Positions 1 to 9,551 of a stretch of DNA of 63,698 bases are shown here, in pieces. The notes under the pieces were generated by a model, which was not told where the DNA came from, did no database searches, and saw only the letters and a list, made by a program, of their open reading frames with translations. Within the stretch, counting starts at the first letter, position 1, and each line of letters begins with the position of its first letter. Source of the stretch: a bacterium (GTDB lineage Bacteria > Patescibacteriota > Minisyncoccia > JBBINA01); contig JBBINA010000005.1 in the NCBI GenBank assembly GCA_037444125.1, positions 1 to 63,698 of the forward strand. Direction: 5' to 3'. The translations under genes were made by a program, and so were the position numbers.

Positions 1-366
1 CTTGAAAGTGTTTTTGAACTGGCGGAATTTCAGCAAAAGAAAAACGCCCTGACGAGCGAAAAGAAAACTTTGGAAGAAAAATTATCGGATTTTGAGCGAA
101 AAGGCAATCATTGGCTTGAACTCATCAGAAATTGGATTTTGGAAGCCAACCAAGCCAAAAATCTCGCTTTGCAAGAAAATTTTTCAGAAATGAAAAATTT
201 CCTCAAAAAAATCGGCTTGAACCGCCAAATCAGCCAGCAAAAACTTTCAATTGATTTCAAAAAACCCTTTGATTTGATCGCAAAACTGCCCGCCGAAGCG
301 AAGGGCGAAGCCCCGAGCGAGGTGGCTAATTCAATATGGTGGACCCGAGGGGACTTGAACCCCTAA
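1..366 (+). CDS. C-terminal part of a probable large serine (site-specific) recombinase; 5' end outside the window
   Basis: Frame is open from base 1 (LESVFELAEFQQKKNALTSEKKTLEEKL...). It has a coiled-coil followed by a tail ending WWTRGDLNP*, which is the antisense of a tRNA 3' end. This layout is typical of recombinase genes abutting a tRNA att site. The catalytic domain is not visible. Confidence 0.55.
   Translation, partial: LESVFELAEFQQKKNALTSEKKTLEEKLSDFERKGNHWLELIRNWILEANQAKNLALQENFSEMKNFLKKIGLNRQISQQKLSIDFKKPFDLIAKLPAEAKGEAPSEVANSIWWTRGDLNP
1..366. mobile_element. Putative right boundary of an element integrated at the tRNA-Ala 3' end
   Basis: Recombinase-like ORF converges on and overlaps the tRNA 3' end. 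The partner att repeat would lie upstream, outside the window. Confidence 0.4.
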
Positions 367-413
367 CCTCCTGACTGCCAGCCAGGCGTTCTAGCCAGTT
401 GAACTACAGGCCC
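337..413 (-). tRNA. tRNA-Ala(GGC), CCA encoded
   Basis: Cloverleaf GGGCCTG...CCTGG-CTGGCAG-TCAGG...AGGGG-TTCAAGT-CCCCT-CGGGTCC-A-CCA, with the G3:U70 alanine identity pair. Confidence 0.95.
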
Positions 414-454
414 TTAGATTTAAGAAATTTAATTTGGTTTTTGTGCGGTTTAAG

Positions 455-526
455 AGCGGGAGAGGGGATTCGCACCCCCGGCCTCTTCCTTGGCAAGGAA
501 GCGTTCTACTGCTGAACTACTCCCGC
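455..526 (-). tRNA. tRNA-Gly(GCC), CCA not encoded
   Basis: GCGGGAG/CTCCCGC acceptor stem, CTTCC-TTGCCAA-GGAAG anticodon arm, U73 discriminator. Confidence 0.93.
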
Positions 527-563
527 GTTAAATTATTTCCAATTTACGGCTATTGTAATATTA

Positions 564-800
564 CTAAAAATTTTTTGGATTATCAACTCGAACATTCTGC
601 CAAGAGATTATTTGTCGTTCAAGTTCGTCTTTTTGCTTCATTAGATTGTTGATTCTGTCATTGTAATGTTTTAACTCTTTTTGATATCGTTGTTCGATGC
701 GGTCCCTTTCGCGTCTAATGTTTTCAATTTGAATTTGAAGAGCTTCGATTTGTTCTTGTAGTTGTTTTATATTTGTTTCTTTTTGGTGTAGAGTGACCAT
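564..800 (-). CDS. Small coiled-coil hypothetical protein (78 aa, start MVTLHQKE)
   Basis: Continuous heptad-like K/E/Q/L-rich sequence. The ORF-track start at 863 lies inside tRNA-Arg, so ATG at 800 is preferred. Confidence 0.6.
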   Translation of the reverse strand: MVTLHQKETNIKQLQEQIEALQIQIENIRRERDRIEQRYQKELKHYNDRINNLMKQKDELERQIISWQNVRVDNPKNF

Positions 801-804
801 ATTG

Positions 805-878
805 TGCCTCCAGAGGGAGTCGAACCCCCAACCCCCTGGTTCGAAGCCAGGTACTCTATCCAATTGAGCTATGGAGGC
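805..878 (-). tRNA. tRNA-Arg(TCG), CCA not encoded
   Basis: GCCTCCA/TGGAGGC acceptor stem, CCTGG-CTTCGAA-CCAGG anticodon arm, TTCGACT T-loop. Confidence 0.94.
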
Positions 879-1061
879 GTTGGGCTATGATAAATGTATT
901 TGGTAGAGTAAGGTTTTAATTTAATTTTAACCTTAATGTCGTCTTATTGCAAGGTTGATGTATATTGTTTATTTTTTTTACTATTTCCAAAGAATTATGA
1001 TATAATTTATTTTAGTTTTAGTTTATGATTGTTTTAAAATTTCATTTTGAGATTTTGAAAA

Positions 1062-2555
1062 ATGATAAATCCGATTCCAAATGTAATTATTGATATTTTA
1101 AAAAAAATGACTGCCCATAAATTTGAGGCTTATTTAGTAGGAGGTTGCGTTAGGGATCTTTTTTTGAATAAAAATAAAATTATTTCTGACTGGGACATTA
1201 CAACTAGCGCTAAGCCAGAAGAAATCCAAGAGCTATTTTCCAAAAGTCGTTATGAGAATAAATTTTTTACTGTTTTTGTGTATCCGAATGATGATCAAGT
1301 TAAAGAGGTTCATATAACCACTTTTAGGCGTGAAGAAAAATATTTAGACAGAAGACATCCGGAAGTTGTTGTATTTGGTAATTCAATCGAAGAAGATTTA
1401 AGTCGCCGCGATTTTACGATTAATGCTTTAGCTTTGAAGTTATCTGAACCCTCAGAAGCCAAAAAAGGATCGACAATAATCGAGGTTGGTTCTAATTATT
1501 TTGAAGTTGTTGATATATATCAAGGATTGAAAGACTTAAAAAATAAAATTATAAAAACAGTGGGTAATCCTGATAAAAGGTTTAATGAAGATGCTTTAAG
1601 ACTAATGAGAGCGGTTCGCTTGGCGACTCAACTTCATTTCGAGATTGACGGGGATACCTTCTCTTCTTTACAGAAAAATGCCTCGTTGAGTCAAGGTATT
1701 GCAGTGGAAAGAATACGTGATGAGTTTTGTAAGATAATTGATTCATCCGAACCCGATCGTGGTATTGAGCTTTTGCGTAAAGTAGGACTATTGCAATATA
1801 TTATTCCTGAACTTTTAGAAGGTGTTAACTGTCTTCAAAATAAGCATCATATTTATGATGTTTATACTCACAATCTATATTCTTTAAAATTTGCGGCTTA
1901 TTTTGGTTATAATTTTGAGGTGCGTCTTGCCGCTTTACTTCATGATATTGGTAAGCCGCGCGTTAAAAAGGGCGAATATCCCAGCGCCACCTTTTATCAA
2001 CACGAAATTGTTGGCGCTAAAATGACAAAGGAAATTTTGACGCGACTTAAATTTCCTAAAAATACAGTTGATAAAGTTACTCACCTTGTTAGGTACCACT
2101 TGTTTTATTATGATATTGGCAAAGTGACCGAAGCTGGCGTTAGAAGATTTATCAGGCGAGTTGGTTTGGATAATGTAAAATTGCTGATACAACTTAGGAT
2201 GGCCGAAAGAAAGGGCTCGGGTGTACCTAAAGCTAAACCTTATCGCTTGAGACATTTTGAATATATGATTGATAAAGTGAAGAAAGACCCCATTAATGTT
2301 TCAATGTTAAAGGTTGATGGCTATGATGTTATGAAAGTTTTAAATATAGGGCCAGGTCCAAAAGTTGGTTTAATTCTTTCAGCTTTACTTGAGGAAATCT
2401 TAACCGACCCCACGCTTAACGAACGAAGTTATTTAATTGAGAGAATAAAAAAACTGGCAGAGCTGTCTGTAGAAGAGCTAAAAATAAAAATGCAGAAAAT
2501 TAAAGAATTTCAAGATAAAGAAGATTTAGAATTAAGAAAAAAGCACGCTATTTAA
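1062..2555 (+). CDS. cca: CCA-adding tRNA nucleotidyltransferase with HD domain
   Basis: VGGCVRD, DWDITT, RRDFTINA and EDALRLMRAVR motifs; HD motif ALLHDIGK. Confidence 0.92.
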   Translation: MINPIPNVIIDILKKMTAHKFEAYLVGGCVRDLFLNKNKIISDWDITTSAKPEEIQELFSKSRYENKFFTVFVYPNDDQVKEVHITTFRREEKYLDRRHPEVVVFGNSIEEDLSRRDFTINALALKLSEPSEAKKGSTIIEVGSNYFEVVDIYQGLKDLKNKIIKTVGNPDKRFNEDALRLMRAVRLATQLHFEIDGDTFSSLQKNASLSQGIAVERIRDEFCKIIDSSEPDRGIELLRKVGLLQYIIPELLEGVNCLQNKHHIYDVYTHNLYSLKFAAYFGYNFEVRLAALLHDIGKPRVKKGEYPSATFYQHEIVGAKMTKEILTRLKFPKNTVDKVTHLVRYHLFYYDIGKVTEAGVRRFIRRVGLDNVKLLIQLRMAERKGSGVPKAKPYRLRHFEYMIDKVKKDPINVSMLKVDGYDVMKVLNIGPGPKVGLILSALLEEILTDPTLNERSYLIERIKKLAELSVEELKIKMQKIKEFQDKEDLELRKKHAI

Positions 2556-2589
2556 CTTTAATTATATTCTTTTTTTAATACTCAATACA

Positions 2590-3792
2590 ATGAAAAAAAG
2601 ATCAGGTAAATATGTTTATCTTGATTATGCTTCTACCACGCCGTTAGATAATGAAGTTGCAAAAGAAGTTGCTAGGTGTAACCAGCTTATTTTTGGCAAT
2701 CCTTCATCAGCTCATAAATATGGTCAGGATGCTCGTCAAGCTGTTGATATGGCGCGGTTTAAAATTAGCCGCATTCTTAACTGCGATTTTAGGGAAATTA
2801 TTTTTACTTCTTCAGCTACTGAATCAAACAATACTATTCTTAAAGGCGTGGCTTTTTATTATTTGCATAACACAAATCTTATTCCGCATATTATTACTAC
2901 AGAGATCGATCATAAATCAGTTTTAGAGCCATTAAATTATCTTAAAAAGTTTAAAATCGAGATATCATATTTAGAAGTTGGTAGCGATGGGCTTATTAAT
3001 ATTAATCGTTTGAAGTCGTTAATTAAGGATAATACAGTTCTTATCTCGATTCATTATGTTAATTCAGAGATAGGCGTTATCCAACCAATTAAGAAAATAG
3101 CTCAGACGCTTAAAGCTATTAATGAGAAGAGGTTATCCAAAGGCAAAGCTCCTATTGTTTTTCATACGGATGCGGTTCAGGCGGCAAATTATTTAACTCT
3201 AGACACAAAGGAGTTGATGATTGATGCTATGACCTTAAGTTCGCACAAGATTTATGGTCCAAAAGGCATAGCTTTATTATATTTAAAAAAAGCAACTCCT
3301 TTTGAAGCTATGATGATGGGAGGTTCGCAGGAGTTTGGGTTTAGAGCTGGAACTGAAAATGTTTCAGGAATATGTGGTTTTAGCAAGGCACTAGAAATTT
3401 GTCAAAACCTTAAAGAAAAAGAAGGAAAACGTTTGAGCGATTTAAGAAATTATTTGTTAAAATTACTGCGAGCAAAATTGCCGCAGGTCCAAGTTAATGG
3501 TTCTTTAACAGAACGTATTGCTAATAATTTAAATATTTCGCTGCCAGGTATTAAAATGGATAGAGTTATTATTGCTTTAGATGTCGCTGGTTTTGCTGTT
3601 TCTGTAGGGTCGGCTTGTTTAGCCGATTCTTCTTCTTATGTGCTTAAAGCTATTGGCACTAATAAGAATCAAACGCGTGACGGCATAAGGATTACTTTGG
3701 GTAGATTTACTAGCAGGCAGGATATTGAAAAATTCGTTAAAGTATTGTATACTATCGTTTTATCTTTAAGGATGACCAATACTTATGAGTGA
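2590..3792 (+). CDS. iscS: Cysteine desulfurase (IscS/NifS family)
   Basis: YLDYASTTP, HTDAVQ, SSHKIYGPKG (PLP lysine), RAGTEN and GSAC (catalytic Cys). Confidence 0.92.
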   Translation: MKKRSGKYVYLDYASTTPLDNEVAKEVARCNQLIFGNPSSAHKYGQDARQAVDMARFKISRILNCDFREIIFTSSATESNNTILKGVAFYYLHNTNLIPHIITTEIDHKSVLEPLNYLKKFKIEISYLEVGSDGLININRLKSLIKDNTVLISIHYVNSEIGVIQPIKKIAQTLKAINEKRLSKGKAPIVFHTDAVQAANYLTLDTKELMIDAMTLSSHKIYGPKGIALLYLKKATPFEAMMMGGSQEFGFRAGTENVSGICGFSKALEICQNLKEKEGKRLSDLRNYLLKLLRAKLPQVQVNGSLTERIANNLNISLPGIKMDRVIIALDVAGFAVSVGSACLADSSSYVLKAIGTNKNQTRDGIRITLGRFTSRQDIEKFVKVLYTIVLSLRMTNTYE

Positions 3793-5137
3793 GAACACCA
3801 GAATTAAATTAGTGCTTTATACTTTTTTTATAGTCTTTTTAATTTTGTTGCTTTTTACATTTAGAAACTTGTGGAACGATTTTGCTAATTTAATAGAGTC
3901 GAAAAAAATTTTTTTTCTTCCGCGACTCGCGACAAAAGAATTTTTACTAGGGTTGGATTTAAAAGGCGGTGTTTCGCTTTTGTATGAAACAGATTTGAGT
4001 CTTATTCCTACTCAAGATCAGGTTAAAGCTTCTGAAGGCGCCCGCGAAGTTATAGAGCGAAGAGTTAATTTTTTCGGCTTTACTGAGTCTCAAGTTGCTT
4101 TGACCAAAAGCGGCGCTTCCTATAGAATTTTAGTTGAGATCCCTGGAAAAATTACCTTGGATCAAGCTAAGGCTTTAGTAGGCGAGACGCCAGTATTGGA
4201 TTTTAGGGAAGAAGCGGCTACCTCGACTAGCGCGACTACCACAAGTGAAGAGCCTTTTAAGTTAACTCCTCTTAATGGTAGAATGCTTAAACGAGCTCAA
4301 GTTGTTTTTAATCCGACTACCTATGCTCCAGAAGTTGAAATAGAATTTAACGATGAAGGCAGGAAAATTTTTGCCGATCTTACCCAAAAGAATTTAAACA
4401 AGAGATTGGCTATATATCTTGACGGCGCGCCCATTACTATTCCAGTAGTGCGTGATGTTATTACTGACGGTCGAGCTGTTATTTCAGGAAATTTTAGTCT
4501 TGAGGAAGCGAAAAAATTAGCCACGCGACTTAATGCAGGTGCTTTACCGGTACCCGTAAAATTAATTTCATCTCAGCAAATTGGTTCAATTTTAGGAGAA
4601 GCTGATTTTCAAAAGACTCTTAAAGCCGGGGCTATTGGAGTTTTAATTTTGATAATTTACTTGATTGTCTACTATCGGCTCTTGGGTGTAGTTTCGGTGT
4701 TGAGTTTAGGGGTTTATGCCATAATTATACTTTTTATTTATAAAAATTTGCCAATTACCTTAACTTTATCAGGTTTGGCTGGTTTTATTGTCAGTATAGG
4801 TATGGCAGTGGATGCAAATGTTTTAATTTTTGAGCGCATTAAAGAAGAGTTACTCTTTGGCAAAGATTTATATCTTGCCTCTGATGATGCTACCAAAAGG
4901 GCTTGGACAGCTATTCGTGATTCAAACCTTACAACTCTTCTTATTATGTTGATTTTGTATATGTTGGGCACAAGTTTTGTTAAAGGTTTTTCCTTGACTC
5001 TTTCTCTTGGTATTATAGTGAGCATTATGACAAATTTTTTCTTAACGCGTTATATTCTGTTGGCATTGTCCCAAACGAAATTAAGCCAGTATAATCTTCT
5101 TTATCTGCCGTTTTATATTTTAAAAAATAATAAGTAA
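3785..5137 (+). CDS. secD: Protein translocase subunit SecD
   Basis: LGLDLKGGV, LNAGALPVP and GMAVDANVLIFERIKEE motifs; C-terminal TM bundle. Confidence 0.95.
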   Translation: MSENTRIKLVLYTFFIVFLILLLFTFRNLWNDFANLIESKKIFFLPRLATKEFLLGLDLKGGVSLLYETDLSLIPTQDQVKASEGAREVIERRVNFFGFTESQVALTKSGASYRILVEIPGKITLDQAKALVGETPVLDFREEAATSTSATTTSEEPFKLTPLNGRMLKRAQVVFNPTTYAPEVEIEFNDEGRKIFADLTQKNLNKRLAIYLDGAPITIPVVRDVITDGRAVISGNFSLEEAKKLATRLNAGALPVPVKLISSQQIGSILGEADFQKTLKAGAIGVLILIIYLIVYYRLLGVVSVLSLGVYAIIILFIYKNLPITLTLSGLAGFIVSIGMAVDANVLIFERIKEELLFGKDLYLASDDATKRAWTAIRDSNLTTLLIMLILYMLGTSFVKGFSLTLSLGIIVSIMTNFFLTRYILLALSQTKLSQYNLLYLPFYILKNNK

Positions 5138-5144
5138 AAGTTAT

Positions 5145-6047
5145 ATGTTTGTTAAAAAAAGATTTTTGTGGTATTTAGTTTCATTTATTTTATTGGTTAT
5201 TGGCTTTTTACCGGTTTTTAAATATGGCATCTCTTTTGATGTTGATTTTAGCGGAGGTTCGATTATTCAAATTCAGTTTGATAAAGATGTCGATAGAGGA
5301 TCTGTGGAAAAACAACTCAAGGAGGCCAAATATAAACTTTCCAGCGTTATTACAGTATCAAAAAATGAATATAGGATAAAGCTCAAAGAAACAGAAAAGG
5401 ACAAAGAAGACATAAAGAACAAAATTTTTGAGGAATTAAAAAAACTATCTTCATTTAAAGAAGACGATGTCTTATTTTTGTCGATTGAGCCGATTGTTGG
5501 AAAAGAATTAACGAATAAGACAATTACTGCTTTGATAATCGGATTAGCGGTTATACTAATTTATATAGGATTTGCTTTTCGTCAGGGTTCGTATATTTTA
5601 CCCTCTTATTTTTTCGGCCTTTCTGGGATTATTGGTGTCGTACATGATGGTTTGATAACTTTGGGGCTTTTCAGCTTATTGTCTCATTATTACGGTTATG
5701 ATTTTTCAATTCCTGTGGCGGCGGCGTTACTTACTATTTTGGGTTATTCAATAAATGACACTATCATTATTTTTGATCGTATCCGCGAAAACATTATGCG
5801 TGAAAGTGTTAATGATTTTGCTCTATTGGTTAATAAATCTATTTTTCAGACACTGCCACGTTCTATTAACACTTCGCTTACTACTATAATAGTTATTGCT
5901 TTAATGTTGTTTATGGGTTCCGATGCCCTGATACCGTTTGCTTTTACTCTTGGTGTTGGTATTTTGATTGGTACTTTTTCTTCAATGTTTATCGCTGCGC
6001 CTCTGTTGTATGATTTTTACTCCTTGCGCCAGAAAAGGCAAAAATAA
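5145..6047 (+). CDS. secF: Protein translocase subunit SecF
   Basis: DFSGGS, GYSINDTIIIFDRIREN and RSINTSLTT motifs; follows secD. Confidence 0.95.
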   Translation: MFVKKRFLWYLVSFILLVIGFLPVFKYGISFDVDFSGGSIIQIQFDKDVDRGSVEKQLKEAKYKLSSVITVSKNEYRIKLKETEKDKEDIKNKIFEELKKLSSFKEDDVLFLSIEPIVGKELTNKTITALIIGLAVILIYIGFAFRQGSYILPSYFFGLSGIIGVVHDGLITLGLFSLLSHYYGYDFSIPVAAALLTILGYSINDTIIIFDRIRENIMRESVNDFALLVNKSIFQTLPRSINTSLTTIIVIALMLFMGSDALIPFAFTLGVGILIGTFSSMFIAAPLLYDFYSLRQKRQK

Positions 6048-6049
6048 AA

Positions 6050-6226
6050 TTATTTCTTTTTATAACGGAAACCAAATTTATTGAACTTATCGGCAAATTT
6101 GCGTTGCAGTAGGTATATTCTCTCCTTTGCCTTTAGAGTTTCAAAAAATCTTCTAAAAAATAATAATTGAGGCATACGAAAAGCAGTTTTGCCCCGTGGC
6201 GGTTTTTTTGAAGCGTAATCTTTCAC
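6050..6226 (-). CDS. Possible small basic protein (58 aa, GTG start), below the ORF-track cutoff
   Basis: Frame VKDYASKKPPRGK...KFGFRYKKK* fills the gap between xseB and the converging secF. No recognisable motif. Confidence 0.3.
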   Translation of the reverse strand: MKDYASKKPPRGKTAFRMPQLLFFRRFFETLKAKERIYLLQRKFADKFNKFGFRYKKK

Positions 6227-6234
6227 GAAATTTT

Positions 6235-6465
6235 TTAATTATTATTTTCGCTATTTTTTTCGATGCCCTTGAACTTAATTTTAATTTCTTCAATATAATT
6301 TTCAACCTCTTTTAATCTGTTTTTTAAATTTCTGGCTAAAAATAACCCTCGTTCAAATTTCTTTATGGCGTCTTCAAGGTCTAAATCTTCTTTTTCGAAA
6401 CTTTCGTTGATTGCTTGTAGTTCTTTGAAATATTCATTGAATTTAAATTTTTCTTTTGGAGCCAT
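6235..6465 (-). CDS. xseB: Exodeoxyribonuclease VII small subunit
   Basis: LDLEDAIKKFERG motif, 76 aa, adjacent to xseA. Confidence 0.9.
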   Translation of the reverse strand: MAPKEKFKFNEYFKELQAINESFEKEDLDLEDAIKKFERGLFLARNLKNRLKEVENYIEEIKIKFKGIEKNSENNN

Positions 6466-6481
6466 AATTATTATTTACAAA

Positions 6482-7678
6482 TCAGAAAAGTGTTTGTTTA
6501 TCTTGAAATAATCTTTTTATTTTTGATTCGATTTTGCCATCGTGCAATAAAGTTTTTATAATTTGATTGGTTTTTAATTGGTTTATGCTTTTTATAGGTT
6601 TTTGATTACAATCATAAACAATTGAATAGCCTTTTTTTAATATAGCATATGGATTGAAATTCTTCAAAAAACTAATTTGAGACCTAAGATTTATTTTTAT
6701 GCTAGTTATGAGGTAATTTATTTTTTCCTCAAGTGACCGTATAAGATTATTTATTCTTAAATTTTGGTCTTTGATAAAATGATTGGCTAGATTTTGAAAT
6801 ATATTAATTTCCTCTGAAAAGGTTCGGATAGCTTTTTCTAGTTTAAAATTTATATTTTTTTCATAATATTCTATTTCGCGCAAGACATTATTTCTATCGC
6901 GGATAATTAACTGGGCAGCGTTAGAAGGCGTAGAGGCCCTTAAATCAGCCACTAAATCGGCAATTGTTGTGTCTTTTTCGTGGCCTATACCTGTTATTAC
7001 TGGTATTTTTGAGGCGAAAATTGCTCTGGCAAGGGCTTCGTTATTAAAAATAGCTAATTCTTCCAGAGAGCCTCCACCTCTAAGTAAAACAACCGCGTCT
7101 AAATTATAAATATGGTTTTTATCGGAAAAGTGTTTTAGCGCTTCAATAATTTGAAAAGGAGCCTCATCTCCTTGTATTTGAACATTGATTAAATATAATT
7201 TCAAACCGCCTATTCTTTCACTGACGATTTTGAGAAAGTCCTTATAGCCAGCGGAGTCGCGTGAGGTTATTAATCCAAGCCTTTCAGGAAAGTCTACAAT
7301 TCTTCTTTTGCGGCTTACATCAAAAAGACCTTCTTTTTCCAGTTTTTCTTTAAGCAGTAAAAACGATTTAAGTATTGATCCTTCACCATGCGGTTTTATT
7401 GTATAGATTTTTAGTCTAAAGCGTCCTGTTTTAGCATAAATATTAGGTAAGCCAGTTACTTCTACCATCATACCATCAGCAATGGCAATTGTTAAGTAGT
7501 AAATAGGAATGAAACACTCAATAACAGAGGTATCGTCTTTAAGAGAAAAAAAGACCCATTTATTGTGACTTATATTGAATCCTGAGACTTCACCAATAAC
7601 CCTTATTTCTTCAAAATCAGTAAGCGCGGTATTTATAAGTTCAATAAATTCAGATACCGTAAGAGGTTTATCTAGCAT
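6482..7678 (-). CDS. xseA: Exodeoxyribonuclease VII large subunit
   Basis: N-terminal OB fold (VIGEVSGF), RGGGSLEEL, GIGHEKD and RASTPSNAA motifs. Confidence 0.95.
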   Translation of the reverse strand: MLDKPLTVSEFIELINTALTDFEEIRVIGEVSGFNISHNKWVFFSLKDDTSVIECFIPIYYLTIAIADGMMVEVTGLPNIYAKTGRFRLKIYTIKPHGEGSILKSFLLLKEKLEKEGLFDVSRKRRIVDFPERLGLITSRDSAGYKDFLKIVSERIGGLKLYLINVQIQGDEAPFQIIEALKHFSDKNHIYNLDAVVLLRGGGSLEELAIFNNEALARAIFASKIPVITGIGHEKDTTIADLVADLRASTPSNAAQLIIRDRNNVLREIEYYEKNINFKLEKAIRTFSEEINIFQNLANHFIKDQNLRINNLIRSLEEKINYLITSIKINLRSQISFLKNFNPYAILKKGYSIVYDCNQKPIKSINQLKTNQIIKTLLHDGKIESKIKRLFQDKQTLF

Positions 7679-8837
7679 TATGATTTAACAAGTTATTATA
7701 TATTTCTTCAAGTTTTTTAGAGATTGTTTCAATTGAATAGTTAGCTTGTTGCTTTTTTTGATTTATTGAAATTCTTCGCCTTAGGTTCTCATTATTAAGC
7801 ATCTTAATAATATAAGAGATAAAATTATTTTTATTACTAGTTAAAAAACCAGTTTCGTTATTTTTGACAAAGTGTTGAGCTGAGCCAAATTTATCTAAAA
7901 CGACTAAGGGTAATCCTGAAACTATAGCTTCTGTTATGGTTAAACCTTGAGATTCAAAGGAGCCAGCATAGACGAAAACATCCGCTCCTGAGTAGTAATG
8001 AGGTAAACTGGTATAATTAACTTGTCCGGTAAAGATTACCCAGCGATCAATTTTTAATTTTTTTGCTTTTATAACTAGCAAGGATTTAAGATATCCACCG
8101 CCCACAATGACCAAATAGACATTTTTGCTTAATCGTTTAAGGACATTGGCAAATGCTTCTAACAAAAAAAAGAGATTTTTTTCATAAGATAGTCGAGAGA
8201 CTGTAAGCAAGATTAAATCACTTGGTTTTAGTTGGTATTTTCTGCGTATAAAGTCTTTACGTGGATATAAAAAGACATTTAAATCAATGGGAGATGGAAG
8301 TACTTTAATTTGACTCCTGTTTTTAATACTTATATTTTGCTTCATAATTGGACTGGGCACAATGACGGTATCACAATGTTTTATATAATTACGAATAAGA
8401 GATTTGACTCCATTTTGCAGAAACAAACTGAACGTTGACAGCCGTTTTGTTTTAAAATATTCAAAGTATGGAGTGTGATAGGTATAAATTAAGGATTTTC
8501 TGTATTTGTGCGCAAATTTTAAAGCAATTTTGCCCAGAAAAAAGGGGTGATGGCTGTGAATTATATCCGGTTTAAATTCTAGGCAAATTGTTTCAATTTT
8601 TTTAAAAAAATAAATTGGCAGTGGATAATTAAGCGATTCGAAAAGACCACTCAGTCGAATTGAGTCAACTCTTACTATGCCTTTTTTAATATTAGTATTA
8701 GTTTTTCTTGTATATTTTGGCGCTATAATTAAGACTTTATGACCTAGTTTTTCCAAGCCGATTTTATAGTTATAAACTGCCCTAGCGACGCCAGAAACTC
8801 TTGGGAGGTAGTTGTTGGTAAAATGGATTATTCTCAT
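7668..8837 (-). CDS. GT4 family glycosyltransferase (possible glycolipid glucosyltransferase)
   Basis: MRIIHFTNNYLPRVSGV N-terminus, HSHHPF, VSRLSYEKN and ESQGLTITEA (EX7E). Start moved from 8888 to the ATG at 8837. Confidence 0.88.
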   Translation of the reverse strand: MRIIHFTNNYLPRVSGVARAVYNYKIGLEKLGHKVLIIAPKYTRKTNTNIKKGIVRVDSIRLSGLFESLNYPLPIYFFKKIETICLEFKPDIIHSHHPFFLGKIALKFAHKYRKSLIYTYHTPYFEYFKTKRLSTFSLFLQNGVKSLIRNYIKHCDTVIVPSPIMKQNISIKNRSQIKVLPSPIDLNVFLYPRKDFIRRKYQLKPSDLILLTVSRLSYEKNLFFLLEAFANVLKRLSKNVYLVIVGGGYLKSLLVIKAKKLKIDRWVIFTGQVNYTSLPHYYSGADVFVYAGSFESQGLTITEAIVSGLPLVVLDKFGSAQHFVKNNETGFLTSNKNNFISYIIKMLNNENLRRRISINQKKQQANYSIETISKKLEEIYNNLLNHNAR

Positions 8838-8913
8838 TGTAGCGAAATAGTTATTTATTTGACAACATTTGACAACATAATATAACATAATATATTATAT
8901 TATATATTTAAAT

Positions 8914-9537
8914 ATGATTTTAATATATTTAAATATGATATATAAGATAATTAAAACCTATAATATCAACGAAATCAATGTATTTATGGTTTTGGGTTTT
9001 ATTTTAGCCAGTTTGTACTTAAATTTTTTTCTATCGCGTTTTTACGCATCAGAATTTGTAATTATTATTGATCCGCCTAATCCAAAAAACGCCAGCTTTA
9101 CTCTTTCTGAGCGTAAAATCAACGCCCTTTTTTTGGCAGAAATAGCAAGTTCGCCTTATTTTTATGAGAAAGATATTTTAAATCGTGAAACTAAACTTAA
9201 AACTTCAATTAATGAACGCACCGGGTCTATAAAATTCCGTTTTAATAGTTATAATCGCGACGATTTAATAAGGGATACTTATAGGCTTTTTTCGTTATTG
9301 AGTTCTGGAGTTTCCTCTATTTTAAGAGGTTCTAAACCTGATGATGTAATGATACTTGAAAAACCATATGTAGAAAGCTATATACCCGCAAGCCGGATAG
9401 TCATAAGTTTAATAAGTGGCTTAGTGCTTGGAAATGTTTTTCTGTTTGTGATTAGGACTTTCTTTAAAATTAAAACAAAAAAAGGCGAAATTAAAGTTAT
9501 GCCTTCTCCGCCTCCGAACTTACCGATAGTAACTTGA
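8914..9537 (+). CDS. Membrane protein with Wzz/YveK-like topology (chain-length determinant-like)
   Basis: One N-terminal and one C-terminal TM helix flanking a ~120-aa extracytoplasmic region; divergent from the GT4 gene. Family assignment is by topology only. Confidence 0.45.
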   Translation: MILIYLNMIYKIIKTYNINEINVFMVLGFILASLYLNFFLSRFYASEFVIIIDPPNPKNASFTLSERKINALFLAEIASSPYFYEKDILNRETKLKTSINERTGSIKFRFNSYNRDDLIRDTYRLFSLLSSGVSSILRGSKPDDVMILEKPYVESYIPASRIVISLISGLVLGNVFLFVIRTFFKIKTKKGEIKVMPSPPPNLPIVT

Positions 9538-9551
9538 TTAAATATTAAATA

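Noticed and set aside
434-652. 72-aa plus-strand ORF
   Set aside because: It is the antisense of tRNA-Gly and overlaps the coiled-coil gene; spurious.
801-863. N-terminal extension MDRVPGFEPGGWGFDSLWRHN of the 564-863 ORF
   Set aside because: It is the tRNA-Arg sequence read in frame.
8858-8877. 10-bp tandem TTTGACAACA x2 between divergent genes
   Set aside because: Too short in AT-rich DNA, and I could not pair it with a well-spaced -10 box.
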